The notes: a model not told the origin generated them from the letters alone. A stretch of DNA of 32,000 nt from Candidatus Hadarchaeales archaeon (GCA_038823825.1 JAWBCC010000001.1:60001-92000), one strand, 5' to 3'; counted from the first letter of the stretch, positions 9,053 to 17,545 are shown. Made by a program: numbers and translations.

Positions 9053-9606
9053 AGTCCAGATATCTCGGATTAACTGCCCCAATTGTCGCCTTTCTCTCAA
9101 TCATAATCTCGATCATTCTTTCTCCAGGTTTCTCATTTACGAACAACGCTCTGAGCGACCTGGGTGTGTGGAAAAATCACGGCATAATTTTCAACGCAGG
9201 GCTCGCGATTTCCGGATTCATGATTGTCATTTTCTCTGCTGACATGTTCCGGAGAGCCCGCAGTCCTTGGAAATCAGTTTCCGCATCCACCATTCTTGTT
9301 GGAATCTTCCTCGTCTTTGTTGGAGTTTTCAATGAAAACTTTGGAAAGATACACTTTCTTTTTTCAGTTCTCTTTTTCGTTTCTCTCGCGTTTGTGATTT
9401 TGCTTTCTATTTTTCTACTGATTCGTGCCAGGCAACATCTTTCTGCAATGATTTTCTCTCTTCTCTTTCTTTGCGCAGCGGCAAGCTGGCTGTTACCGCT
9501 TATTGATGTCGTCAGCAATGTGGCGATCCCGGAGACAGTTTCGGCTTTAGTCGGGTGTGTATGGCTAATCTGGTTGGCTTTAGACAGCCCTCTCAGCAAC
9601 CTTTAA
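9049..9606 (+). CDS. DUF998-like multi-pass membrane protein
   Basis: NNALSDLGVWKNHGIIFNAGLAISG typical of DUF998, plus repeated hydrophobic segments; TTG start at 9049 overlaps upstream stop. Confidence 0.7.
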   Translation: MKSRYLGLTAPIVAFLSIIISIILSPGFSFTNNALSDLGVWKNHGIIFNAGLAISGFMIVIFSADMFRRARSPWKSVSASTILVGIFLVFVGVFNENFGKIHFLFSVLFFVSLAFVILLSIFLLIRARQHLSAMIFSLLFLCAAASWLLPLIDVVSNVAIPETVSALVGCVWLIWLALDSPLSNL

Positions 9607-9651
9607 ATAGGGAAAAAACGAGCATTCTTCACAAAATCAGAGGTGTGATAT

Positions 9652-9912
9652 TTGGCGAAACTCAAAAAGAAGGGAAGTCTAGGCAAGACGGAGGAGGGGG
9701 AGCTGGTTCTCGTAAACGACGAGGGACAGGCTTTTTCTGCAGGTGAAGTCGTTATCTTCGTCTGGGATATGTGCGACGGCGAGATTTCGGAGGAGGACCT
9801 TTTGAAAAACCTCTGCGCAGAACTCGAAATAGACGTCGAAGCCCTGAGACCCGTGCTTGAGAGACTTCTTAAAAATCTGGAGAAAGCGAATCTTCTGGAA
9901 ATAATTGATTAA
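9652..9912 (+). CDS. PqqD-like small protein (RiPP-recognition-element fold candidate)
   Basis: 86 aa: EEGELVLVNDEGQAFSAGEVVIFVWDMCDGEISEEDLLKNLCAELEIDVEALRPVLERLLKNLEKANLLEI; TTG start preceded by gaggtg. Confidence 0.5.
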   Translation: MAKLKKKGSLGKTEEGELVLVNDEGQAFSAGEVVIFVWDMCDGEISEEDLLKNLCAELEIDVEALRPVLERLLKNLEKANLLEIID

Positions 9913-10651
9913 AAAACTTCGAAAGCTCCTCAACCTTCATCTTAGGGATAGAGGGTAGTCTATTTTCCCCAGAGGTGATGTTTATCAGTGGCGCGCCCAA
10001 CTCTGCCAACCATGAGAGAAGTTCTCCACAGATTTTCAATTTTTCGATTTTCCTAGTTGGATCTTTCTTTCCAGAGAACAACCCGATCTTTTCGCCGAGA
10101 TCCATCCCCGCGAGCAGGATTTTTGCAGCTCCGAGCTCGTGGGCCATGAAGGCTCCCCTATCCCCGTCCGTAAACCCCCCAAAGTTGAAAAGTTTTCCGA
10201 AAGGTCTGGTCTGTGTGGTCCCGATTATTCTACCATTCCTCACCGTCTGCATAAATCTTTCCACTTTTTCAAGATTGTCTCCATGTGCGTGAACAACTAT
10301 CCAAGCCCCGGATCTCCAAGCCGAGATTTGATCTTTCACATTTCCGTCCAAATCTGTAACGATTATTTCCGGAACCTTGTATCTGAGAACGGCAGATGTT
10401 GCTCCGTCGGCAGCAATTATCGTCAGACGCATCATCCCATGCTTTTCAAGATTTTCTAGATCCTTCTGGATGGAAGGCCCAGCTCCGGCTACTACGCAGG
10501 ACTTACCACGGACGATCTTTGTAAGCCCAGCAATATCCGGTTCTGGAAGAAGAGACTCAAGAACCGCGGCAGCTCTCAAATCTGCTTCTTTATCGATTCG
10601 AAGACGCTCAGCTATTTCAAGATATTTTGGAGCCCACAATTCCCATTTTAT
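9869..10651 (-). CDS. mptE: 6-hydroxymethyl-7,8-dihydropterin pyrophosphokinase (MptE/DUF115 family)
   Basis: CVVAGAGPSIQKDLENLEKHG, IIAADGATSAVLRYKVPEIIVTDLDG, VVHAHGDNLEKVERFM, GTTQTRPFGKLFNFGGFTDGDRGAFMAHELGA. Start could be ATA at 10651 (IKWELWAPKY) or TTG at 10639. Confidence 0.9.
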   Translation of the reverse strand: MKWELWAPKYLEIAERLRIDKEADLRAAAVLESLLPEPDIAGLTKIVRGKSCVVAGAGPSIQKDLENLEKHGMMRLTIIAADGATSAVLRYKVPEIIVTDLDGNVKDQISAWRSGAWIVVHAHGDNLEKVERFMQTVRNGRIIGTTQTRPFGKLFNFGGFTDGDRGAFMAHELGAAKILLAGMDLGEKIGLFSGKKDPTRKIEKLKICGELLSWLAELGAPLINITSGENRLPSIPKMKVEELSKFFNQLFPEDSLSPDF

Positions 10652-11019
10652 GGGACCACCTCCAGAGGTATTCTTTCGCCACGGTGGTTATAGGCGGCCC
10701 AGCTTTTTTGATCGTAAGGATAGGCCACAATGATGTGGATTGAGCCGAATTTCCCAAAAAATTGGATATCTGAAGCTGAGGGCGCGAAAGATGAGGAAGG
10801 ATGACTGTGAACACTTCCGCAGACCGATGGATCCATTGGTAGCATATGGAGGCGTAAAACCGCAGAATCGTTCGAGCTCAAGGTCCCGGGCAATATCAAG
10901 ACTTCCTCTATGAGCTCTTTTCTTTTTCTCAGCAATCCCGCGAATTCCCGCGGATAAACAGACTTTGCCGCTCCTAGAATGAACTCTAAAGTCTCTCTCT
11001 TGATTTTCAACGACTTCAA
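10648..11019 (-). CDS. JAMM/MPN+ metalloprotease-like protein
   Basis: SVYPREFAGLLRKR...CGSVHSHPSSSFAPSASDIQFF, i.e. E...HxH...S..D JAMM motif. TTG start at 11019 overlaps the upstream stop. Confidence 0.85.
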   Translation of the reverse strand: MKSLKIKRETLEFILGAAKSVYPREFAGLLRKRKELIEEVLILPGTLSSNDSAVLRLHMLPMDPSVCGSVHSHPSSSFAPSASDIQFFGKFGSIHIIVAYPYDQKSWAAYNHRGERIPLEVVP

Positions 11020-12794
11020 ATTAACCCCCTCGCGGTCTCGTATGATGCTATGGCCTCGGTCCAGCTCTGATTCGATCTGACGTATACAGAATACGGCAGG
11101 ACTCCAACGTAAAGTTGCGGATACATGCTTTGAGGCTCTACATCCAACCATCCGACCGCAGGTATGAAGACCTGCACCCAAGCGTGAAGGATAACCCGCT
11201 TACCGTCCGGAGTTGTGGTTGCGCCAAAACCCCAGCCAGCCGGAGGAATCCAATCAGATTCCACCCATCCGTTGACAATTCTAGATGGCAGACCAGCAGT
11301 CCGTGCTATCGCGAGATATACATTTGAATAATCTCTGCACTGTCCACGTTTACTTTCAATAACTTCCTCAGAGGTTGGCGGTCTGAAAGAAAGTGAGTAG
11401 AGTATATTTGATCCCGTCCAGTTGCAGATTTCCTCGGCAAGCTTCCTCTTGTTTTCGTCATAAATATTTTTCAATATTTCACGAACCCTTTCAGTTCCGG
11501 TCAATACAAAAGAGTCAGGTAGGAGATAATAGGCAAGCTTAGCTTCCACGATAACGTTATCCCAGAAAAGTACACCATCTGGGACTGGCAAAAACGTTAT
11601 GACATCAGAATTTTCCCTCAAAAGACGTAGTATTGTGTAGAGAAAGTCTCGATATCTCATCTGGCCCCAGACTGTTTGGATGCTGGCGGGAATGCTTCCG
11701 GTAGCAGCTTGTGCCACGATTTCTCCTGCAAGCAGAGTGAGATTTTCCCTGTTCAATTCCCGTAAGACGACATTCCAATCACCAACTTCTTCACCCACTA
11801 CGGTCACGGGAATGAAGGAGGGAGAAAAGTTTTCACCATTGAGCAAAAACAGAGAGGCATTATAAAGGATTTGTCCGAGAGTCAAATTCTCGAAAACGTT
11901 GTCGCCAGAAAAGAGATAGGCATCTCGAATTCTTCCGAACTTTAAATCGATTCTGACTTTGGAAAAGAATCCCTCAAAGTTCTCAACCGGCCGCCCTCCT
12001 GAGTAGGTTATGAGAAGTGGCGCATGGTTTTCCAATAGGTTTTCTGTACGGATTTCTATTAGATATCTGGAGTCCAAAACCTCCAGCTCCTCCTCAATTA
12101 TGGCGGGTCTACCATTTTCTTGACTAAGCGTGAATCTTCCCAAACTGTAACTTCCGCGTCCATATTCCATATGCTCCTCGTTCTCAAAGGCGTTGCACCA
12201 AACGTTTTCTGCCCACTCCGGGAGTATTATCCTTGTAGTGCTGTGCATCTCCATGACGCAGGCCTTGTATCCGTACTCCTTGGCTATGCTTGCGACGGTC
12301 AGCCAGCTCGTCAGTATTCCACTCAAGATCTCAGAAGCTGCGGAGTCGGGATCCACCCATGCCATCTCGATTACCCATTTATTTCCATCCCATCTGGCAA
12401 CATGTGGAGACCTCCAATTTAGTAGGATTGTGAAGTTTTCTTCGATTTTCACCATGCTTTCTATGAAATCGATTTCAATTCCGAGCATAGAAAAACTCGA
12501 CCTCCAGATGCTCTCATACTCCTGCTGTATGATGTCGGTTCCAACGGTTAGGACGAAAGATTTCATAAAATCCGCAAGTTCCGATGGAGGAATGCTTAAT
12601 TCGGCCCATCCATAGCCGTTTCCTCTCTCATCAACGAATATCCTAGTTTCATGCACTTCTTTGAATAACTTCGGTTGAATTATTTCTAAATTTTCGAAAG
12701 ACGTTTTTTCCATATGCGTGTGAATAACCCAGACAGACATGCAAAACGCGGCAATCAGCATGGCAATCGATATAACCACGTTTTTCTTAACCAT
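11016..12794 (-). CDS. Membrane-anchored transglutaminase-like protein
   Basis: N-terminal hydrophobic segment NVVISIAMLIAAFCMSVWVI; catalytic-type KRGQCRDYSNVYLAIARTAGLPSRIVNGWVESDW...VILHAWVQVFIPAVGWLDVEPQS (Cys-His-Asp). Confidence 0.85.
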   Translation of the reverse strand: MVKKNVVISIAMLIAAFCMSVWVIHTHMEKTSFENLEIIQPKLFKEVHETRIFVDERGNGYGWAELSIPPSELADFMKSFVLTVGTDIIQQEYESIWRSSFSMLGIEIDFIESMVKIEENFTILLNWRSPHVARWDGNKWVIEMAWVDPDSAASEILSGILTSWLTVASIAKEYGYKACVMEMHSTTRIILPEWAENVWCNAFENEEHMEYGRGSYSLGRFTLSQENGRPAIIEEELEVLDSRYLIEIRTENLLENHAPLLITYSGGRPVENFEGFFSKVRIDLKFGRIRDAYLFSGDNVFENLTLGQILYNASLFLLNGENFSPSFIPVTVVGEEVGDWNVVLRELNRENLTLLAGEIVAQAATGSIPASIQTVWGQMRYRDFLYTILRLLRENSDVITFLPVPDGVLFWDNVIVEAKLAYYLLPDSFVLTGTERVREILKNIYDENKRKLAEEICNWTGSNILYSLSFRPPTSEEVIESKRGQCRDYSNVYLAIARTAGLPSRIVNGWVESDWIPPAGWGFGATTTPDGKRVILHAWVQVFIPAVGWLDVEPQSMYPQLYVGVLPYSVYVRSNQSWTEAIASYETARGLI

Positions 12795-13791
12795 CGATTT
12801 TCTCCCTTACTTTCCTCGCAGCCAAAACCATATTCTTGAGCTTTCCTACGGCTTCCTGCACAGTTCTCGTTTTCATTCCGCAATCTGGGTCAATCCACAG
12901 TTGTTCTGGTTTTATCACTTCGAGGGCTTTCTCGATTCTTTGCTCAATGGTTTCGACGTCCTCAACGATGTGTGAGTGAACGTCCACCACCCCAAAAGAG
13001 ATATCCTTAGTGAATGGGTGTAGTCTGAAGAGCTCGACCAAGTCCAAAGAAGAGTTAGACATCTCGAGATCAAAGTTATCCACCGGCAACTCAAGCATTC
13101 GCGGATATATGAACTCGAATGCCCCGTAGCAGATATGTACGATGAAGTAGGCATCGACACCTTCGACGACCGTCTTCATCGCTTCAATGGCAAAGTCAAG
13201 CTCTTCAGGTCTGGCAGATATGGCTGGTTCGTCTATCTGGATTATTTTTGCCCCATTCCTCCAGAGTTCTTTGACTTCTCTGTGAATGGCTTTCGCCAGC
13301 GCCAGACAAGCATCCTTCCTGCTTGGATAGAACTCGTTAAACGACCAATCCATCATCGTGTACGGTCCGGTTACCATACCTTTTACAGGCTTTTGCGTTA
13401 ACTCCTGCGCAAACTTCCACCATCCAACTGTTATCGGTCCGGTCCATCTTACTTCTCCCACGATGATGGGCTTCCTGTAATACCGGTTTCCATAGCTTCT
13501 CACCAAACCACTCAAAGCGAAGCCATCCATATTTTCTGCAAAATATGTCACCATGTCTCCGCGGTACATCTCTCCATCCACCAAAACATCTAACCCTATT
13601 TCCTCTTGGAGAGAGATCCAATCTCTCGTCGCTTTTTTCTCGAGCTCGAAGAGTTCCTCTCTGGAGATCTTCCCCAGTTGGAAATTCTTTCTCGCTTCTA
13701 GAAGATACGGAAACTTCGGATAACTTCCAACAGCAGTTGTTGGAAGCTTTGGAACGTTTATTTTAAGTCGCTCAAGCTTGCTCCTGCTCAT
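12787..13791 (-). CDS. Cobalamin-independent methionine synthase catalytic-domain (MetE C-terminal type) protein
   Basis: TTAVGSYPKFPYL, MVTGPYTMMDWSF, IIQIDEPAI, YFIVHICYGAF (HxC) and LWIDPDCGMKTRT (C) zinc-site motifs; start from MSRSKLERL at 13791. Confidence 0.88.
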   Translation of the reverse strand: MSRSKLERLKINVPKLPTTAVGSYPKFPYLLEARKNFQLGKISREELFELEKKATRDWISLQEEIGLDVLVDGEMYRGDMVTYFAENMDGFALSGLVRSYGNRYYRKPIIVGEVRWTGPITVGWWKFAQELTQKPVKGMVTGPYTMMDWSFNEFYPSRKDACLALAKAIHREVKELWRNGAKIIQIDEPAISARPEELDFAIEAMKTVVEGVDAYFIVHICYGAFEFIYPRMLELPVDNFDLEMSNSSLDLVELFRLHPFTKDISFGVVDVHSHIVEDVETIEQRIEKALEVIKPEQLWIDPDCGMKTRTVQEAVGKLKNMVLAARKVREKIDG

Positions 13792-14773
13792 TTTTCCACC
13801 TCTCCACAACTTTTGAGAGCAATACGAGCTTTTTGAAGGCAACTTTTCTAGGCAGATACTCCCCAAGCCCACAGGACGGCATCAAAAAAATTCTTCTGCT
13901 TTCAGTATTGGCTGCGATTTTTCTGACTATTCGCAGAATATCCTCTTCTCTTTCCATCTTAGTGTTTCTTCCGTCGACTATCCCAAGCCATATATCCTTT
14001 TCGCAACCTACTTTGGCAATGAGATCCGGAAGGTTCGGGCTGTAAGTCAAGTCGAATCCAAGACCACCCACGCGGATCTCCAGCAGACGCTCATAAAGTG
14101 GTTTAACATCGCCGAAATATGTAGTCAGTATAATTCTCTCTTCGCCAGCTTCTTTCGTTATGATCTCAAAAGCGCTCTTAAAAATTTCAAATTCATTTAC
14201 GTTTTTTAAAATCGCTGGCTCTTCTACTTGTATAAGCTCCGCTCCAGCCTTAGAAAGATCTTTAGCTTCTTCTGCCAAGATTTTTCCAACCTCCAGTACG
14301 AGATCTTCAAAACCAAGGCCCGACATGTTTATTGAGAGTTTGGTGAACGTGTAGGGTCCAATCATCACTGCTTTGACAGGCATATCCGTTACACTCTTCG
14401 CATACTCAAACTCTCTAAGGAGAACGGGCTGCTTTCTCCGAGGCCTGTTTTTCAGCACCGGCTGTCGGAAATAAAAATTCGTATCAAAAAATCGTAAAAG
14501 TCCATTTATTTCACATCCATCGATTCCGCGTGCAATATGAGAAATCGGATCATACCATCTGATCAGTCCGTCCGTTACTATTTGAATACCTGCCCTTTTC
14601 TGCTCTTCGATTACATCCTTAACTACAAGATCCTGAATTTTCTCAAATTCCTCATCAGATATCTCGCCTCTTTCCCACCTTGCATACGCGATTCTGTGCG
14701 TCTGCTGATCAGGTGCATCACCAATCTTAGGATAACTGCTATGATTTGCTGCGAAGATCTCCATCACCATCAC
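13772..14773 (-). CDS. MetE-related protein resembling the non-zinc N-terminal half
   Basis: SSYPKIGD, MPVKAVMIGPYTFTKLS, LIQVEEPAI, RIILTTYFGDVKPLYERL (no HxC) and FLMPSCGLGEYLPR. Confidence 0.8.
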   Translation of the reverse strand: MMVMEIFAANHSSYPKIGDAPDQQTHRIAYARWERGEISDEEFEKIQDLVVKDVIEEQKRAGIQIVTDGLIRWYDPISHIARGIDGCEINGLLRFFDTNFYFRQPVLKNRPRRKQPVLLREFEYAKSVTDMPVKAVMIGPYTFTKLSINMSGLGFEDLVLEVGKILAEEAKDLSKAGAELIQVEEPAILKNVNEFEIFKSAFEIITKEAGEERIILTTYFGDVKPLYERLLEIRVGGLGFDLTYSPNLPDLIAKVGCEKDIWLGIVDGRNTKMEREEDILRIVRKIAANTESRRIFLMPSCGLGEYLPRKVAFKKLVLLSKVVERWKNEQEQA

Positions 14774-14818
14774 TTAAACATCCTCTTATTTTAAAACAAG
14801 GTGTATAAAGTTCTGAAT

Positions 14819-14889
14819 GGGGCGACCCCAAGCTGGCTGGGACTGGTGTTGGTCAACGCTCCGGATGAACAGCTTACACCAGTCGCCCC
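14819..14889. other. Intergenic 71-nt segment with a perfect 8-bp terminal stem and internal stems (possible structured RNA)
   Basis: GGGGCGAC (14819-14826) pairs with GTCGCCCC (14882-14889); AAGCTG (14830-14835) pairs with CAGCTT (14870-14875); alternative ACTGGTGT (14842-14849) pairs with ACACCAGT (14876-14883). Confidence 0.35.
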
Positions 14890-14933
14890 TTCACTCCAAA
14901 AGGCTAAAATACAGGTTATTTCATAAATTGAAA

Positions 14934-15083
14934 TGGCGGGGAGGCCGGGCCGCCTTCGAAAAAAAGTTGCAACGTAAGCAACATACTCAAGCTCTCTCGG
15001 GGGTGTAAACACCTCCAGTGAAATCAAAAATCTCAGAAGATAAGGGAAAGCTGAGATGAACTTTTTTTCAGACCTCCCCGCCA
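14934..15083. repeat. Nested inverted-repeat element of about 150 bp
   Basis: TGGCGGGGAGG 14934-14944 with CCTCCCCGCCA 15073-15083; GAAAAAAAGTT 14958-14968 with AACTTTTTTTC 15059-15069; inner hairpins GTTGC..GCAAC and TCTCAG..CTGAGA. Confidence 0.8.
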
Positions 15084-15117
15084 CTGATTTAATTGAAGTA
15101 CTAAATATTCTACATTG

Positions 15118-17502
15118 ATGAAAGGAATTCTTCTGGATGCCGAATACATCGACGAAAAGGCTGAGATGAAGTTATGGCTGAAATCAGATGATCGTGTATT
15201 CTCGATCTCTGATAAAGATGTCTTTTGCAGTTTCTTCGTAGAAGGCGAAGATCTGGATAAACTAGTGAAAGTTATCGAAAAGATAGAAATAAAAGAGAAC
15301 GGGCGAATTGTAAGGCCAAAGTCTGTTAGAAAAGTTGAGATGAAAAAATTGGGCAGGCGACTGGAGGTCATCGAGGTTATTCCAGAGTTACCGAAAGATG
15401 TTCAAACTTTGAGAAGGCAGATACGAGATCTCCCCGGTGTAAAGCAGATTTACAACTACGACATCCCTGTGGCCAAATACTATCTCATTTCAAAAAATCT
15501 GGTTCCAATGGATGGCGTAGAGGAAGCTGAAACCAAATCTCTGAGACGCGTTCAAATGCCAATCCCCAAGCTTCGCGCCTTGAGTTTTGACATAGAGGTT
15601 TACAATCCAACTGGCTCGCCCAGACCAGAAAGGGACCCAATAATGATGGTCGGTCTAGCAGGAGACGACGGCTTTCGTAAAATTATAACATGGAGAAATT
15701 TCCCAACTAAGCTCGATTTTGTGGAGATCGTAGGGAGCGAAAGAGAGATGATTGAAAGATTCGTAGAAATCGTTAAAGAGAGCGACGTGGACGTTTTGTT
15801 CGGTTACAACACAGACTTCTTCGATTTTCCGTACCTAAAGGAGAGGGCAAAGCTGCTGAAGGTCAAGCTGAGTTTTGGAAGAGATGGGAGCGAAGTCGTA
15901 GCCAGAAGGCGCAAGTTCGCCACGGCCACACGTGTAAGAGGTAGAATCCACATAGATGTTTTTGCGATTATAGATTTTCTAGCGACAATTGGTACGATCA
16001 AACTGATCCACTATACTTTAGAAGATGTTTATCGCTATCTGCTAGGTAAGGAAAAACCCGATTTCGAGTTTACGAAATTTGTGGATGCTTGGGAAAAAGG
16101 TGGTGAGGAATGGGAGAAACTTTTGATGTACAATCTTTCCGATGCTGTGGCCACCTTGGAGCTTGGGCAGGAGCTTCTTCCACTATTCCTCGAGCTCTCA
16201 AAAATCATCGGTCAGACCCCCTTTGACGTTGTGAGGATGACGCCTGGACAGATAGTCGAGTGGCTCTTGATCGCTGAGGGTTACCGCAAAGGAGAATTGA
16301 TTCCGGCGAGACCAGTTGCAGAGACTTACGAGGAAAGAATGGAAGAAACATACGCGGGAGCCTATGTGATGGAACCCATCAAAGGCTTGCATGAAAACCT
16401 TGTCGTTTTTGACTTTCGCTCCCTCTATCCTTCGATAATAGTAACGCACAATATAGATCCTTCGACGATAAACTGCGACTGCTGTCAAGAGGATGGAGAA
16501 AAAGTGCCGGATCTCCCCTATTATATTTGCAAACGAAAGCGTGGTTTTCTACCCGAGGTCGTTGAAAAAATTCTTAACGCCAGATTCGAGACGAAAAAGA
16601 AACTCAAAGAATTGAAAAGAGATTCTTATGAATATAAACAACTCAATGCGAAACAATGGGCTCTGAAAATCATCGCGAACAGTTTCTACGGAATGCTTGG
16701 TTATCCGAAGGCTAGGTGGTATTCAAAAGAATGCGCGGAGAGCATTACGAGTTTTGGTAGGCATTATATAAAGAAGACAATAAAGATGGCAGAAGAATTT
16801 GGTCTTAAGGTTGTGTACTCCGATACCGATAGCCTACACTGCCTGTTGGGAAACAAAACGAAAGAGGATGCACTGAAATTTTTGGACGAGGTAAACAGCA
16901 AACTTCCTGGGATAATCGAGCTGGAGTTGGAAGGATTTTATCCGAGAGCAATCTACGTAACAAAAAAGAGATACGCGATGATAGACGAGGATGGGAGAAT
17001 AACTGTCAAGGGTTTAGAGTTTGTCCGCAGGGATTGGGCAGCAATAGCGAAATACACGCAGGAGGAAGTTCTGAAAGCCCTTCTCAAAGATGGTTCAAAA
17101 GAAAAAGCCGCTCGGATAATCAACGAGATAGTAGAAAGAATCCGAAAAGGTGACGTAAAACTCGAAGATCTCATAATATACACACAACTGAAGATGCCGA
17201 TTGAAAATTACAAATCCGTTGGGCCCCACGTCGTTGCCGCAAAGAGACTCAGAGAGGCTGGAAGAGAGGTTGAGCCTGGAATGATAATCGCCTATGTTCA
17301 AACGCGCGGCAGGGGTAGCATAAGCGAAAGAGCTTATCCAGTGGAGCTGCTTGGCGACAGAAGCTATGATCCGGAGTATTACATAAACCATCAGGTTCTC
17401 CCAGCAGTGATGCGCATAATGGAGGTTTTGGGATACTCGGAACGAGAGTTAACATCGAAAACTGTTGAAAAACCAAAGGGATTGGACTTCTTCCTAGCCT
17501 AA
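15118..17502 (+). CDS. polB: Family-B DNA polymerase with 3'-5' exonuclease domain
   Basis: ALSFDIEVYNP exo motif, DFRSLYPSIIVTHNIDP, KIIANSFYGMLGYPKARWYSKECAESIT, VVYSDTDSLHCLLG; C-terminal GLDFFLA resembles a PIP box. Confidence 0.97.
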   Translation: MKGILLDAEYIDEKAEMKLWLKSDDRVFSISDKDVFCSFFVEGEDLDKLVKVIEKIEIKENGRIVRPKSVRKVEMKKLGRRLEVIEVIPELPKDVQTLRRQIRDLPGVKQIYNYDIPVAKYYLISKNLVPMDGVEEAETKSLRRVQMPIPKLRALSFDIEVYNPTGSPRPERDPIMMVGLAGDDGFRKIITWRNFPTKLDFVEIVGSEREMIERFVEIVKESDVDVLFGYNTDFFDFPYLKERAKLLKVKLSFGRDGSEVVARRRKFATATRVRGRIHIDVFAIIDFLATIGTIKLIHYTLEDVYRYLLGKEKPDFEFTKFVDAWEKGGEEWEKLLMYNLSDAVATLELGQELLPLFLELSKIIGQTPFDVVRMTPGQIVEWLLIAEGYRKGELIPARPVAETYEERMEETYAGAYVMEPIKGLHENLVVFDFRSLYPSIIVTHNIDPSTINCDCCQEDGEKVPDLPYYICKRKRGFLPEVVEKILNARFETKKKLKELKRDSYEYKQLNAKQWALKIIANSFYGMLGYPKARWYSKECAESITSFGRHYIKKTIKMAEEFGLKVVYSDTDSLHCLLGNKTKEDALKFLDEVNSKLPGIIELELEGFYPRAIYVTKKRYAMIDEDGRITVKGLEFVRRDWAAIAKYTQEEVLKALLKDGSKEKAARIINEIVERIRKGDVKLEDLIIYTQLKMPIENYKSVGPHVVAAKRLREAGREVEPGMIIAYVQTRGRGSISERAYPVELLGDRSYDPEYYINHQVLPAVMRIMEVLGYSERELTSKTVEKPKGLDFFLA

Positions 17503-17545
17503 ATCATGTTTTTAAGGAAAGTCTCGGAAATTTTGCAGGATATGC

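Noticed and set aside
14819-14889. Possible tRNA because of the 7-8 bp terminal stem and 71-nt size
   Set aside because: No T-arm: the five bases before the 3' acceptor strand (ACCAG) do not pair with TGAAC at the required position, and there is no TTCRANT loop or plausible D-arm.
14791-15084. 97-aa minus-strand ORF and 14817-15008 plus-strand ORF upstream of polB
   Set aside because: Both run straight through the perfect inverted repeats, have biased odd composition and no recognisable family; structure explains the region better than coding.
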